A stretch of DNA of 63,658 bases, filler included, from Octopus bimaculoides (GCF_001194135.2; 4 parts of 3 records of this genome joined end to end with filler, not necessarily neighbours in it); one strand, 5' to 3'. Shown: positions 27,340 through 39,939, counted from the whole stretch's first letter. Notes: a model not told the origin generated them from the sequence alone. Translations and numbers: made by a program.

Positions 27340-27990
27340 GACATCTGCTAATATACACATCATTTGTGGCATTTTCAACAAAACTCTTTTTCTTCTTTCC
27401 GTTCCGTCTTGCCTTAATTCTTTCCTCATCAGAATTAATCAAAGGGGTTATGGTTATAAGATCAGAAACAAGGAAATCCACCCTTCATTCCATTCAGAGG
27501 ACTTGAAACTCGGCGGTTATGATCGTAAAACAGTTGAGGAGCTTTCAAAATAAAATAAAAAAATCAAGAGTTTGGCGGATAGAATTGGCATGAAATTTGG
27601 AACAGATAATCATATAAAATCTATATTTAAAAGAGAAAAGTTAGCCTGAATGGAATCATTGGTGCTTCAAATTAACTGTGACTTTAAAAAATAATTGCCT
27701 GAAACAGAATCTTTAAGTACAAAACGGTTAATGAAGAAGACAGAAAGAATATGAAGAGCGACCATGAAAAATAAAAATAAGAACGGATACAGCAGGAGAG
27801 TAAAAACACATCTTAAAGTTCGAGTTAAATGTAAAAAATAAAATGACTGCCACGATTAATCTAGCATTCCTAGTTACAACCTATAGTTTCAAAATAATCG
27901 GAAAATAAACGAAACTAACTGAAGAGATGCAAATATAAGTTATGAATAAACGTCCGACAATATATTCCCCCGCAAAGGGGATGCTGGTCG
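27340..27990 (+). mobile_element. Decayed R4/Dong-type RT fragment
   Basis: Reads CGIFNK.., NQRGYGYKIRNKEIHPSFHSEDLKL (decayed SHLFYMDDLKL), IGMKFG, YSRRVK, ELNVKNKMTATIN..VTTYSF. Confidence 0.65.
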
Positions 27991-28019
27991 TTTGTAGCTG
28001 CACAAAAACAAGCAGGGTT

Positions 28020-28440
28020 TCAAATAGCATGATATCGTAAACTATGGTGTCACGCTTTTTGTCCTCTTCGACTTTCTAGTGCTTTCCTGGTTATTCTAGA
28101 CGTACCAAGGAGTTAAAATTTTTGTAGCAGCTTTACTAGACACTCTATTTCTATTTACTTTATGTTCCTCTCGATACTTTCGGATATTCTCCCCAAGGCC
28201 TGAACAATAATTAGCTCTATCCCCCCTTTTTTCACCTTCCACAGTCAGACTGTCTCGTACGTAAGAGGATTGTTCCCGTCACCTTTCTCACCTTCCTTCT
28301 TAATCAAATGGGAATGCAACATCAATTACAGGTTGTGCCCAAGCAGCTGGTCCGTTTAAATTGGGAAATCCCACAGTATTTTGCAAGTTTTCAATTCAGT
28401 TACACATTCTGTGGTTTGTGACCGTAACATGTCTTCCCTT
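28020..28440 (-). mobile_element. Decayed R4/Dong-type RLE / C-terminal fragment
   Basis: The minus strand reads YGHKPQNV, KILWDFPI*TDQ, IDVAFPFD, LWKVKK, IIVQALG, LLGTSRITRKALE. Confidence 0.65.
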
Positions 28441-28521
28441 TCTCCAACCTCTGTGTTTCACACAGTTTTCAATGTAGAACTTTTGCTACCACATAATGAC
28501 ACCATCGGGAAGTGAGAAAGT

Positions 28522-28557
28522 CTTTTACGTTTCGAGCATACGCTCTTCGACAGAAAG
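28522..28557 (-). ncRNA. Degenerate minimal type I hammerhead-ribozyme-like motif (palindromic ACGU stem III)
   Basis: Minus strand: CTTT-CTG(T)CGA-A-GAGC gtat GCTC-GAAAC-GTA^-AAAG. Core A6 is replaced by U. Confidence 0.5.
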
Positions 28558-28631
28558 GGACACATAAATAAACAGGGAGAGAAAATAGAAAAAGGTATAG
28601 TGGCCAGCGATCTATCATGGCGAATATATAT

Positions 28632-28793
28632 ACGATGGGCTTCTTTTAGTTTCCGTCTACGAAATCCACTTACAAGACTTTGGTCGGCCCGAGGTTATAG
28701 TAGAAGACACTTGCCCCAAGTGCCATGCAGTGGGACTGAACCCAGAACCATGTGGTTGGGAAGCAAGCTTCTTATCAAACATCCATGCCTGCA
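28632..28793 (-). mobile_element. SINE family B, 5' half
   Basis: agtttccgtctac.aaatccact.acaag..gaagacacttgcccaag.gccatgcagtgggactgaacc. Confidence 0.85.
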
Positions 28794-29364
28794 CCTTTTA
28801 TTATTATTATTATTATTGTTGTTGTTGTTGTTGCTGTTATTATTATTATATTTCGTCCGAGTTCAGGTGAAAATAAGAAGAATTGAAAAACAAACATGAA
28901 TAAGTAAGGTCAAAGTATAGAAATAAATGGGAGAAGATGAATAAAACGATCGGTCAATTTTAAAATGAAAAAAAAAAAAAATTATAGAGGAATAGAATTT
29001 TGGAGAGAGAAAAAGAACATCGTCAAACCAGAGAAGAATGTCGTTGATTGGCAATTATTATCGGAACATACTCAAAGAATTAACGGAAATGGGGGAAAAA
29101 AATTCAAGAGAATATCTAAAATATATAAAGAAGATTTCAAAAGAATAGCTAAAACGTAGATTGAAAATATTTTTATTTGGTATAAGCAACGAGAAAAGGT
29201 CGGCATATTTATTTTGAAAAATTATATCAAAGATTGAAGAGGTAAAGATAACTACAAAAAAAAATTAAGATTGAAATTATAACATCTAGCTGAATAACTA
29301 TAATGTATTTTTAATATTACAGTTTCAATCATAATCAGCGAAGTACGCACACACACACGCATAT

Positions 29365-29455
<91 letters not shown>

Positions 29456-29603
29456 CCGAAAGAGACAGAGACATAGAGAAAGAGAACAAAAGAAAAGTAA
29501 ATTTATTTCCATTCAAAGATGCACTTAGATATCAGCAAAACATACGTTGGAGTAGAACTGTAATATACATTGTAGAGCTGACGGAGAGAGGTCTTCAAAC
29601 ATA

Positions 29604-29641
<38 letters not shown>

Positions 29642-31218
29642 GCTGAAATATTTGTTTCGCAATTACATGATTCCGGGTTCGATCCTTGGGCAGTTATCTT
29701 GAAATATAGCCTCGATTTGACGAATGCCTTGTGAGAGGGATTTAGTAGACACACACGCACATATATATATANNNNNNNNNNNNNNNNNNNNNNNNNNNNN
29801 NNNNNNNNNNNNNNNNNNNNNNNNNNNNNNNNNNNNNNNNNNNNNNNNNNNNNNNNNNNNNNNNNNNNNNNNNNNNNNNNNNNNNNNNNNNNNNNNNNNN
29901 NNNNNNNNNNNNNNNNNNNNNNNNNNNNNNNNNNNNNNNNNNNNGTCTACCGTGGATGAATGTATACTGCCACTGAACTAACTAAAAGCACGTGAATGTT
30001 ACATGAAAGGACCTTAGGACACTTATCCAAAAGAAACACGTGTCGGATTGGAATTTTATGTGAGTAATACCGTAATAAACAAATTTTAAGATCATGTGTG
30101 TGTGTGTGTGTGTGTGTATGTGTGTGTTCTTATGAGTTTTATCGCTCATGCATCATCTATCCTCACCCATTTCTGTTCAATGTAGAGGAAAGATGCTTTT
30201 ATTGAAAATAACGACATCTGCATTTCCGAAAAGAAAGGGAAAAACTTGTGGATCCATGGCTGGGAAAAAACCGTTTAGCGTTGTTATATTCGGTGATAAA
30301 TCTGCGGGGAAGAACCACCAAAAACCAATGCAAGTTAATCATACAAAAAACACTCTCGTTAATGAGGGTGGCGGTGGGGCACATACCGAAGGCATTTAAA
30401 CACACATCGCTATATTTGCAGACCTCTCTACATTAATTCTAGAATGTCTATTAGAGAGATTCTACTTGGGAATATATTTCGGTGAGATACATAAGTGAAT
30501 CTTTGAATGGAAATCAATTTCTTCTTCTTGTACTTCTCTCTGTTTCTCTATTTTCTCTCCGTATTTCACACACACGCGCGCACATTATCAGTCGCATATA
30601 CGTACTGGACGCTTTTTGTTTAAACGCCAAATTCACAGCGAGGAAACATCTGGGTAAAAGTTCCCCAAATGACAACAACGAGTGTTAAAGAACACCAGAA
30701 TGTCACAGACCAAGTGAAACAACTCGCCTCGGAACCACCGAGAAGGGTAGATATCGATACTTGACCATTATTATGGCTTATCAATACCATGTATTTGGAT
30801 CATGTTGAAACGAAGTGAACCACTGGTCAATAAGTTATACATGCAAACAGGGTGAAGTGAAACAAAATTAAATTATGAATTATAAACATCTCTCATATAT
30901 ATATATATATAAACATTTGTGCGGTGAGCGTATGTGTCTGCGCGCGCTCGTGTGTGTCCGTTTGCATGCGTGCGTGCGTGCGTGCGTGCATGTGTGTATA
31001 TATGATGTGTGACTGTGTGTCTTCGATTCGAATAAACTTCGTTAAGTTGTTCTTTTGAAATTCATTTTTTCCTCACTAAACCCCGTCAACTTTTTCTTCC
31101 GATATTAACAATGGTTTTCAATCAAGAATCTTCTTATCTGATTTGATGCCTTGTTCCCCGCCCTTCCCCTACCAGAATTCCAACTTTTACGTTCAGTTCA
31201 TTTCAATCATAATCAGCG

Positions 31219-31511
31219 ACCTCGGCGGAATTTGAACTCAGAACATAAAGACGGACGCTAAGCACTTTGCTTGTGGTGCTAACCATTCTGTCAGCTCCCC
31301 ATCTGCTATAGGCACAAGATTTGAAATTTGGGGGAGGGGCATAGTCTATTGCATCGATCCCAGTACTCAACTGGTACTTGTTTTATCGACCCCGAAAGGA
31401 TGAAAGGCAAAGTCGAACTAGACAGAATTTGAACTCAGAAAGCAACGGCAGACGAAATACCGCTAAGCATTTCGCCCTGCGTGCTAACGTTTCTACCAGC
31501 TCGCCGCCCTT
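31219..31511 (-). mobile_element. Two tandem SINE family A copies (partial plus full)
   Basis: gacctcggcggaatttgaactcagaac at 31238; full copy at 31308-31511. Confidence 0.85.
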
Positions 31512-31666
31512 AATGCATTATAAAATAATGCATCATAAAAACCAACGATAAGAACAATCACAAGGTCGTTCGACTTGCTAGAAATAGTAGCTAAATCTCT
31601 GTCAAATAATAATATTACTGTTTTATAAAACGACCTGGTGCTAAACAACTTCAACAATACTAATAT

Positions 31667-31766
31667 NNNNNNNNNNNNNNNNNNNNNNNNNNNNNNNNNN
31701 NNNNNNNNNNTTAATTAATTAANNNNNNNNNNNNNNNNNNNNNNNNNNNNNNNNNNNNNNNNNNNN
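31667..31766. other. Artificial scaffold linker N44-TTAATTAATTAA-N44
   Basis: Exactly 100 bp; the same structure occurs at 42411-42510 and 62316-62415. Confidence 0.95.
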
Positions 31767-32010
31767 CCCTTGTGGGCAATAAAGAAATAAGAAACGTTAG
31801 CACACCGGGCGAAATGCTTAGCAGTATTTCGTCTGCCGCAACGTTCTGAGTTCAAATTCCGCCGAGGTCGACTTTGCCTTTCATCCTTTCGGGGTCGATT
31901 AAATAAGTACCAGTTACGCACTGGGGATCGATATAATTGACTTAATCCCTTTGTCTGTCCTTGTTTGTCCCCTCTGTGTGTGGCCCCTTGTGGGCAGTAA
32001 AGAAATAAGG
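31767..32010 (+). mobile_element. SINE family A preceded by the tail of another copy (tandem array at contig edge)
   Basis: cccttgtgggca(a/g)taaagaaataag occurs at both 31767 and 31985. Confidence 0.85.
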
Positions 32011-32019
32011 ATTGTGTAG

Positions 32020-32440
32020 AAGTAGAGGAAAACAGCTTTGGGTGGTATGTAAAGAATGCCATGGGACCATTGCTGAAGCATGTGCAGAAGTCCTGTATCT
32101 TCAAAATTAATAATTGTGTAAAGAAAGGAAAACTTAAAGAGGAAATAAACTCAAAAACGGAAATAGCATGGAAAGGAAATATATTGTACGGACCGTTTGC
32201 AAGAGAAACGAACGTCGAGATAGATACAGAAGACCGGTGGTTATGGATGAAGATAGAGACAGAACTACTTATATGCGCGGCACAAGAACAAATGTTAAGA
32301 ACGAACGATGTGAAATGCAGAATTTGCAACACAGCTGAGAGCGACAAATGCTGAATGTGTGGTGAGAGGGGTGAAACGATATGGCCAATTGTTAGCGAAT
32401 GCCTGAAATTGGCACAACGTGAATACAAATGAGATTAACT
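32020..32440 (+). mobile_element. R4/Dong-type LINE fragment with internal deletions
   Basis: Reads AWKGNILYGPFARE..WLWMK/IETELLICAAQEQMLRTN..SDKC*MCGERGETIWPIVSECLKLAQREYK. Confidence 0.8.
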
Positions 32441-33046
32441 TCTTTTACAACATACGAACTTCCTTTACAACAACTCCTATATATTCTTCGAGGTTTGTAT
32501 GTACAAAAATCTTCTGTGATGCGTTCTCTGGTGAGAATAGCTAAGAAAGAACTCATATCTTGTGGTTCGTTGGCCTGCAACATGCCGTAAACATATTCAG
32601 AGTGCGTTATAAGTAACCAGTCTTTCCAAGGCCGATCCCTCCTCTTCCTCGATTACTATGTTTCCTTGGAAATCTTTCTTGTACATTTCAGTAGGCTTCC
32701 TCAAGGTTGTCGACTTCCTTCCTTCGAACCCTGGGTGGGCTTCCCTTCGCAGCAGATGAATTTCTCGTCACTGAAGACGAGCTCTACTTCACGAGAGATA
32801 AATAAGCTTTTCTTAATAGGAAATGGATTCTTCCGCATCGGAGAGGTCCCCCAATTCACGTGAGATGTACCTCACTTGTCTTTTTACATATTTTTCGTAG
32901 GGATGTCTTAGTCTGTCGATTCCCCCCATCGGCCTCCGTCAGGTTCTCATCCTCGTAAATGGATGATGTAGTTTCAGTATTGTGAACGAAGTTGCTCGTG
33001 GTGATACTTTGTAGTTCGCACCTCACTGCTTTTGCTGTTCTGGTGG

Positions 33047-33094
<48 letters not shown>

Positions 33095-33376
33095 AAATGC
33101 TTCAAAAAAATGATGGGTGAATGTAGCAAGGATGGCACGTGTGAATGACGGAGCCACCTTGAGCATAACCCTATGAACTAGGAAAAAAAAAACAAAAAGG
33201 CAAAAGAGAGTCACTCACTGTCACAGTTTCTTCAATGACAATATTGACCAAGGCTACCGTGGTCTTTTCCGTAGACTTTTCTTTCCACGGCTAAACCTAG
33301 ACTGCCCTCCCCTCTTTTTACATGAGAACAACATTACTGTGATACACGATCCCTATTGATCGCTTTTTTTTCTCTC

Positions 33377-33480
33377 GATCCCTTTTGATCGAACTCCCCC
33401 CTTTTCCCTTCCTACGATCCCTTTTGATCGAACACCCCCCTTTTCCCTTCCTACGATCCCTTTTGATCGACACACCCCTA
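33377..33480. repeat. 39-bp minisatellite, about 2.6 copies
   Basis: gatcccttttgatcgaa.(t/a)ccccccttttcccttcctac starts at 33377, 33416 and 33455. Confidence 0.9.
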
Positions 33481-33665
33481 CTTTTTTTTCTCCTTCCCCC
33501 TCCNNNNNNNNNNNNNNNNNNNNNNNNNNNNNNNNNNNNNNNNNNNNNNNNNNNNNNNNNNNNNNNNNNNNNNNNNNNNNNNNNNNNNNNNNNNNNNNNN
33601 NNNNNNNNNNCTGCATTGTATTTGTCCCATCTTTGTTGAGCCCTGTGTGGCTAATAAAAGAAATG

Positions 33666-33722
<57 letters not shown>

Positions 33723-34242
33723 GTCTGTCTGTCTGTCTATCTATCTAGCTTACACCTCTTCACTGTCACCTCCTTCCTTGTTCTAGCTGGAAGGGGGGAC
33801 ATCCTGTTTAGCTCCTGGTGATGAGAACGTCGCGAGGTTTTCCGGCGACTCTAAAGTCGTGTCCGGTGTCGCCTTAGAAGCATTTGATGTCCCTCTGGAT
33901 TCTTCTCCAATCTTTTCTGAACTTTTGCTTTCGTGGTTTCTTGCTGTTGTTTTACTTTTAAAAAGTTTCCTGGACACCCTACCAACCCCTAGTTTAAATA
34001 GCTTTTACTCTGGGTAGTAGCTGTACTCCCTCCTAATCATTCCGTATAGCCCTCATCATGTGTTCTTCCCACATGAAAATTCTATCTCTCACATGTGGCA
34101 CCTATCACACACTACTTCTATTCTCTTTTTACTACATCAGAAGTATTGGTCTTCCTCGCCTCACATGTGGTATTCATTAAACACAGTTATGTTTCTATGT
34201 TAACTTAACCCATTCATCACCATTTCTCTTTCCATTGTGCAG

Positions 34243-34423
34243 CCTTCATCACATGTTGGTCTCCCTACATGATATTCTGTCTGCTACAAGTCTATGGAAT
34301 GATTCCCAACACACATACCATGCTGGCCGTCGCCACATTCTTCCAGAGCTTGGCACCACTGAATAGTGTTGCCAATCCCATTATATATGGTATCTTCAAT
34401 TTATGTGATTGTAAGAATACAAG
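34243..34423 (+). CDS. CCAP-R: Internal exon of a CCAP/neuropeptide-S-type GPCR (TM6-ECL3-TM7-helix 8)
   Basis: Acceptor tttctctttccattgtgcag and donor AG|gtaagt flank 181 nt = 2 + 59 codons + 2. It reads [60 protein letters not shown], with CWxPY (TM6) and NPxxY (TM7). It closely matches the CCAP receptor signature as I recall it (CWSPY..FDLLQV.G.IP...[19 protein letters not shown]). Confidence 0.93.
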
Positions 34424-34505
34424 GTAAGTCGCTTACTTTCGTCCCTTTTTTTTCTTTCAGTTCACTTTACTGTCTGTCTGTCTGTCTGTCTGTTTATTTT
34501 CCATT

Positions 34506-34661
<156 letters not shown>

Positions 34662-34822
34662 TATACGTAAACACACACACACATACACATGTACATACAT
34701 ACATCTATATACACATGCATATATGTATATGTCACTCTTTTCTCTCCTCTTTCTCTCTACCTCTCCTCTCTCAATCTCCCGTCTCTCCCTTCTCTCTCTC
34801 CTTCCCCCTCTTTCTACTTATA

Positions 34823-34865
<43 letters not shown>

Positions 34866-35107
34866 GTATGTATGTCTGTGTGTATGTATTTATATTTATA
34901 TATATATGCTTGAGGACAATGATGGGGATCAGGTATTTGGAGTATTGGTGTATTGGGAGTTTGATGTGAGGGGCGGTCAAAGTAAAGAAGTGGAGGGGGA
35001 CCCATTTTTTAAATTTGCATTCAGCCTCAGACTGGGAGATGTCAGTGGACTTAAGGGGAAGACTCGTCTTCCCAGAGTAGATCATGGTAAGAGACATGTT
35101 CCGGTTC

Positions 35108-35312
35108 TCCAGTGGTTAGGGCAGCGGACTCGTGGTCATAGGATCGCAGTTTCGATTCCCAGACCAGGCGTTGTGAGTGTTTATTGAGCGAAAAACACCT
35201 AAAGCTCCACGAGTGTGTGGAGTGCTCAGCCACTTGCACGTTAACTTCACGAGCATGCTATTCTGTTGATCGGATCAACTGGAACCCTCGTCGTCGTAAG
35301 CGACGGAGTTCC
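35108..35312 (+). mobile_element. tRNA-derived SINE, other family
   Basis: A-box-like cagtggttagggcagcggactc and B-box-like gtttcgattccc, then a non-tRNA body. Confidence 0.7.
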
Positions 35313-35319
35313 AACCAAC

Positions 35320-37005
35320 TATTATTTAACATGTCGTACAGTATCCAGTATCGTAATGCTGTTGATTGAAGATGTGTGTACCAGGTGTTTGTAGTGTCTG
35401 TCAAGTCACAAGGAACTCAGACAGACAGTGCTTTACGCAATATGCTTGCAGTTCCAAGTAATACCGATTTCTGCAATACACATAAATTGCAGTGTATTTC
35501 TGAAATTTCCAGATTTTTTTCAGGTTGTGGGGTATTGAACCTAATGCTCCGATGACAATAGGGATAATCGTTATGTTTGACTCTCGTAGCTGCCACATTT
35601 TAGCGATCTCAATCCTCACGTTTCCATATTTATCAATGTTTTCTCATTCTTTCATAATAATATATTGATCTCCTGGCGCTGCCGCGTCGATTATTCGGCA
35701 CTCATGTTTGTCCCTCCTAAAGGTTGCTATATCTGGCCTTCGGTGCTCTAACACGTTGTCTGTCTGGAAGTCAAAGTCCCAGAGGACTTTCGCCTTCCCC
35801 TTTTCGTCCATTACATTTTCCGATGTATGTTGGTACCAAGCACCCGTTACCCGTTATCCATACTTCCGGCTTAGTAGCCAGTGAAGGTTTTGGGCTACCT
35901 TGTACTGTTTGCGCTTGTACTCTTTCTGTGCAACACTTTGAAGCACTAACAATGTGAGTTACGCTTTCGACCCTCTTCCCACGCATTCTGCAGCGGTTCG
36001 TTGCACTTGTATCGTTTATATCCCTTTTCACTGAGTTGGTAGTCAATACCTGATTCTACGCAGCGATGATTAGGCTTTCAGTCTTCTTTTCTAGGTCACC
36101 CTTGCTGATCCACCTCCATGATGCTTCCTGGTCTTTTAATTTGTTAGTTTCATGGTGGAACTGACCATGTAATTCCATGCGGAGTAGGGTTTCTTCTCTC
36201 GTTGGCTATTCGTGATCGGATTTCATTAGTACTCTCAAGTCCATTTTTGCTAAATTCTGCACTAGTAGCGTACTGTAGCAGGTCTTGTTTTCTGTTTACC
36301 AAATATTCTGCCATGTTTCTTCTTTCATTGTTGATGCACTCCCGTACGCTGATCAGCCCACGTCCACCTTTACACCTCTTCACGTAAAGCCTGTGTACGT
36401 TCGCCTTAGGGTGGATGGCACCATGTATTGTCATTGTCTTTCGGGTAGTGCGATCGAGTTGGTTAATCTCCGCTTGTGTCCATTTCAGGATGGCTGCACT
36501 GTAGCGGACTACAGCAACAGCCCTTATGTTGATGGCAGTCCTAAAGTTCCTTGAGTTGAGTTTTGATTTCAAGAGAAGTTTGAGGCGCTTCAAATATGCA
36601 GTGATGACTTTGTCTTTCATTTCTCTGTGCAAGATATTGTCCAGCTCTAGGATCCCAAGGTACTTGTACCCATCATCATCCAAGTTTTCCTTTCTCTCTC
36701 CGTTTAGCAATTCTATACCCCTACAATCTGCTCTTTCCTCCCATTTCAAAGTGAGCACCGCACTCTTCGAGATACAGAATTCCATCCCAATATCCTTGCA
36801 GCATATCTGTACAGTCTCAACCAGCTTCTCCATTTCAGGCTCTGCTTTTGCGAACGGTTTAAAATCATTTATGAAGACGAGGTCCATTCTTTCTCAGATC
36901 ATAGTGCGCGTTAACTTTGCGTAGGGCTACAGAAAGTGGGATTAAGGCTATAACAAATAATAATGGTGAACAAGAATCTCCCCAGAAAATACCTCTTTTG
37001 ATTGG
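35320..37005 (-). mobile_element. R4/Dong-clade non-LTR retrotransposon fragment, copy 2 (RT to C-terminus and 3' UTR)
   Basis: Reads IKRGIFWGDSCSPLLFVIALIPLS (RT), FINDFKPF (decayed FMDD), GYKYLGILE, HPKANVHRLYVKRCKGGRGL, CRMRG..VESVTHIVS, IIDAAAPGD, IAKMW..IIPIVIGALG. Clearly diverged from copy 1. Confidence 0.9.
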
Positions 37006-38245
37006 CTGATATTTTTCAATCTTTTCTGTTTCCTTACCTTTCACCCTCGAATCGCCTGGTATTGCAGCATCTATTATCTTTGCTTCTTTTTCATCTTTAT
37101 AGATGAGCACGATATCTGCTCGTCTCACTTCTATGACTTGGTCACACTGCATGTTAAAATCCCGGGGTGTTTTGTAATGTTCGTTTTCCATTACTCCCTC
37201 TGGTTTGTGTTCATACCGTTGTTCAGCTCTTTCGAGGTTTGCTTTACCGCACAACAGCCAGTGGACATATCTGGCCACATTGTCGTGTCTCCTTTTTGTA
37301 TTCACGTTGTGCGAGCATACAGCACTCACTAACAATATGGCTTATACTTTCTCCCTTCTCAGAGCACATCTTACACTGTGGTGAGTCAGTGCTTTTTACC
37401 AATGTGATATTCGGAGTAGTTTGTCTGAGAGCTTGTTCTTGAACTCTGCACACGAATGCCTCATTGGGCCCTTTTAAGTCTCCTTTCTGCAGCCATTGCC
37501 AGGTTCTATTCCAATCAATCTCATTTTTATTCTTCAAGAACTGACTGTGTATTTTCTTGTCCTGCCAAATTTCCTTCATCTGCTCTGGTATTTCTTAAAT
37601 TGTGTTGGATCTACGGCTTCGTTCACTTTTAAGGTTCCCTGCATTTTCACTGCTTCAATCATTTCTTTGTTACTCCCCTTGACACACCAAGCCAGGCTAT
37701 TCTCCTCTTCCCTTACACAACCTTCACAACACACTAATCTCCGTCCTCCTTCTTTCCTCTTTACATATAATCTTGACAATCACTCTTGGGGTGAAGTTCC
37801 TTGTTCATTGTCGTTAATTTACGTTTTCTCCGGTCTATCTCTTGTAATTCATGCTTCTTCCAAGATACTATTTCTGTCCCATATTTTATCAAAGCAACAA
37901 CCCACGTGTTAATTGCTCTAATCATATAACGGCCATTGGAGTACAAGCCGAATTCTTCTCAAATACTCTTTCCTGTACATTTCTTTCATCTTGTGCTCAT
38001 TCATTTTATCTCTTTCAATGATACCCAGGTACTTATATCCTTTTTCTCCGATTTCCTTTATAGTTTCACCACTTTCCAGCTTGATCCCATGGCTTTTACT
38101 GATTTTCCCATTTTTGAGAATCATTGCATCATATTTCTCGATCCCAAATTTCATGCCGATATCTTTGCTGATCATCTGCACAGTTGCCGTCAAACTCTCA
38201 ATTTCTTTCTCAATCTTAGCGAATAGCTTTAGGTCATCCATTAAG
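37006..38245 (-). mobile_element. R4/Dong-clade non-LTR retrotransposon fragment, copy 1 (RT C-half, CCHC knuckle, RLE start)
   Basis: Frameshifted ORF pieces read MDDLKLFAK, GYKYLGI, RLYVKRKEGGRRL, WQWLQKGDLK..EQAL, CKMC..GESISHIVSEC, RRHDNVARYVHW, RRADIV..IIDAAIPGD..KIEKYQ. Truncated at the 5' end at the MDD motif. Confidence 0.9.
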
Positions 38246-38249
38246 CTAT

Positions 38250-39552
38250 TGCAACCGAGTTGAAGCCAGGGGTGTTAAAAGTACTGTCGAAGCTTCTTCT
38301 GCAGTTAGCGGATGGTTTTCAGAACCAGAGGGGAGTTCTGTTTGGTTTTGGAAATATCATCAAAGAGTCTCCCCATGCGTCGGCGTGCATGGACGTAGCT
38401 AAACTAGAGAGAGCTCCCATTCACAATCTCGACGTAAAACGTAGTGCGGGATTTATCAACTATGAGTTGAGTCGTCGAGGTGCCAAGCAACTCAAATTAG
38501 CATCATCTTCCCAAGTTAAATCCAAGTCGGCTGATCTGATTGAACGTCGAGAGTCCGAGGCATTGAGGCAACATATCAAACTCATCAAAGCTGGGGCGTG
38601 AGTGCCTGACATCATTAAAGAATGAGATAACTGCCAGCAGCAGTTAATAGTGGAGGGACTGGAAAAGAAGGAAATCATCAACATTGCTGTGGACAGACGA
38701 CGAACAGCCGACATGAATATTTTGAAAAGTTATGGTGGATCGTTTATTAACAGCACTGAGGTAGATGTCTATCTAATGGCAGATATACCAGTTAAAGAAA
38801 ATGTCGATAGGTTGTATTTAGAAATCGGATATATCAGAGACACTGCTCTTTCTGTGCCAAAAGCCAGCGATATTTTCCGCCTTAAATAAAATGATCGAAA
38901 ACTGTCAATGGAACGATATGAAATAAACTTGAAAATTCACTTGGATAGTGTGAGTTGCAAGACAGACGTAAGCCATATTGATTTCAATCATGCATTGGTG
39001 TGAGGTTTTGAAGCCATAATGGTTGTAAAAGTATAATTGTATCATATAAATTACCGAACTCGGGAAATGTTTTTTTTTCTTTTGTAAAATGAAATTACTT
39101 AATTATTTGTTATTAAACTGCTTATTCCACATCATTCGTGTTCTATGACCTCAGACCATATATAAAGACATATCAGATGACATTCTTGGTAACAGCTACT
39201 GATTTCGTTAAAAAATTGTGCATTTTGACCGCCATCTTGGATTTCCGCCATTTTAGAAAATCAAATTGCAAAATTAATACTATTTTTGGATTCAGTGTCT
39301 TAAAAAGCACATGCTAAGCTAAAATATATTTTTACGTACACTATAGGGTTTTAAATCGATTAAATCAGTGTTTACCCCTATTTTTTCTTTGGTGGTAATG
39401 GTGGGGTTTCAAACTTCAAGGGGTATTAAGGGTGGGGGTGTTACCAAAATCTTAATCGTAAAAAAAGTTTATATCATTGTTTTGTGACCCTAACCACAAC
39501 TTTTCGGGAGGTTCTCCAAAATGAAGCTCGAAAAAATAAAAATAACATCCCA
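38250..39552 (+). mobile_element. Decayed DNA-transposon-like element (3' part of a long ORF plus structured subterminal region), superfamily unassigned
   Basis: ORFs 38260-38601 and 38650-38889 are in the same frame, broken only by two TGA stops (..LERAPIHNLDVKRSAGFINYELSRRGAKQL.. GGSFINSTEVDVYL..RLYLEIGYIRDTALSVPK..). Downstream 39180-39550 has transposon-end-like motifs (ccgccatcttggatttccgcc) and ends ..cccaccccacta. Confidence 0.5.
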
Positions 39553-39653
39553 CCCCACTACTTAGACACTCCCCCGATATTTCTGGCCTTGTGCCAAAAT
39601 TTGAAATCAGTATATTTGTGCATTTACTTTTATCTGATATATATATATTTCAG

Positions 39654-39939
39654 AAATGCTGCTTGTTGCAGTGAAATGATTTGTAAATGCTTCTATGACA
39701 GAAGAGCTAGAAAAACCACAACTTTCAGATCTGTAACATCTGGATACACCACAGTCGTTGAAACAAACTTCACTCACAGAGAACATTTGGAGCAGACAGC
39801 ATCAAGGCGAGACTCTGGAGTGCCGTATGTGAAAAGTGCCATCAGTGACACAGAGCGGAAGATCCTTCTTCGAAATCTCAACACAATCGCGCCTGAGAAA
39901 ATAAAAAACAGAAAAAACATCCGTGAATCAAAAATATAA
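39654..39939 (+). CDS. CCAP-R: Terminal coding exon of the same GPCR (cytoplasmic C-tail, stop TAA)
   Basis: Acceptor atatttcag|A completes the split codon AG|A (Arg) in the correct phase. It then reads NAACCSEMICKCFYDRRARKTTTFRSVTSGYTTVVET...RESKI* (94 aa). Membrane-proximal Cys and Ser/Thr clusters are typical of GPCR tails, and there are no stops despite TE-rich surroundings. Confidence 0.75.

Noticed and set aside
27830-27890. KMTATI motif resembling the start of GPCR TM6
   Set aside because: It belongs to the R4/Dong RT thumb (ELN.KNK.TAIN..TYSF).
32450-34020. Possible LINE ORF1-like fragments on the minus strand (32450-33040, 33740-34000)
   Set aside because: The composition is suggestive, but no diagnostic motif was found and no family can be assigned from sequence alone.
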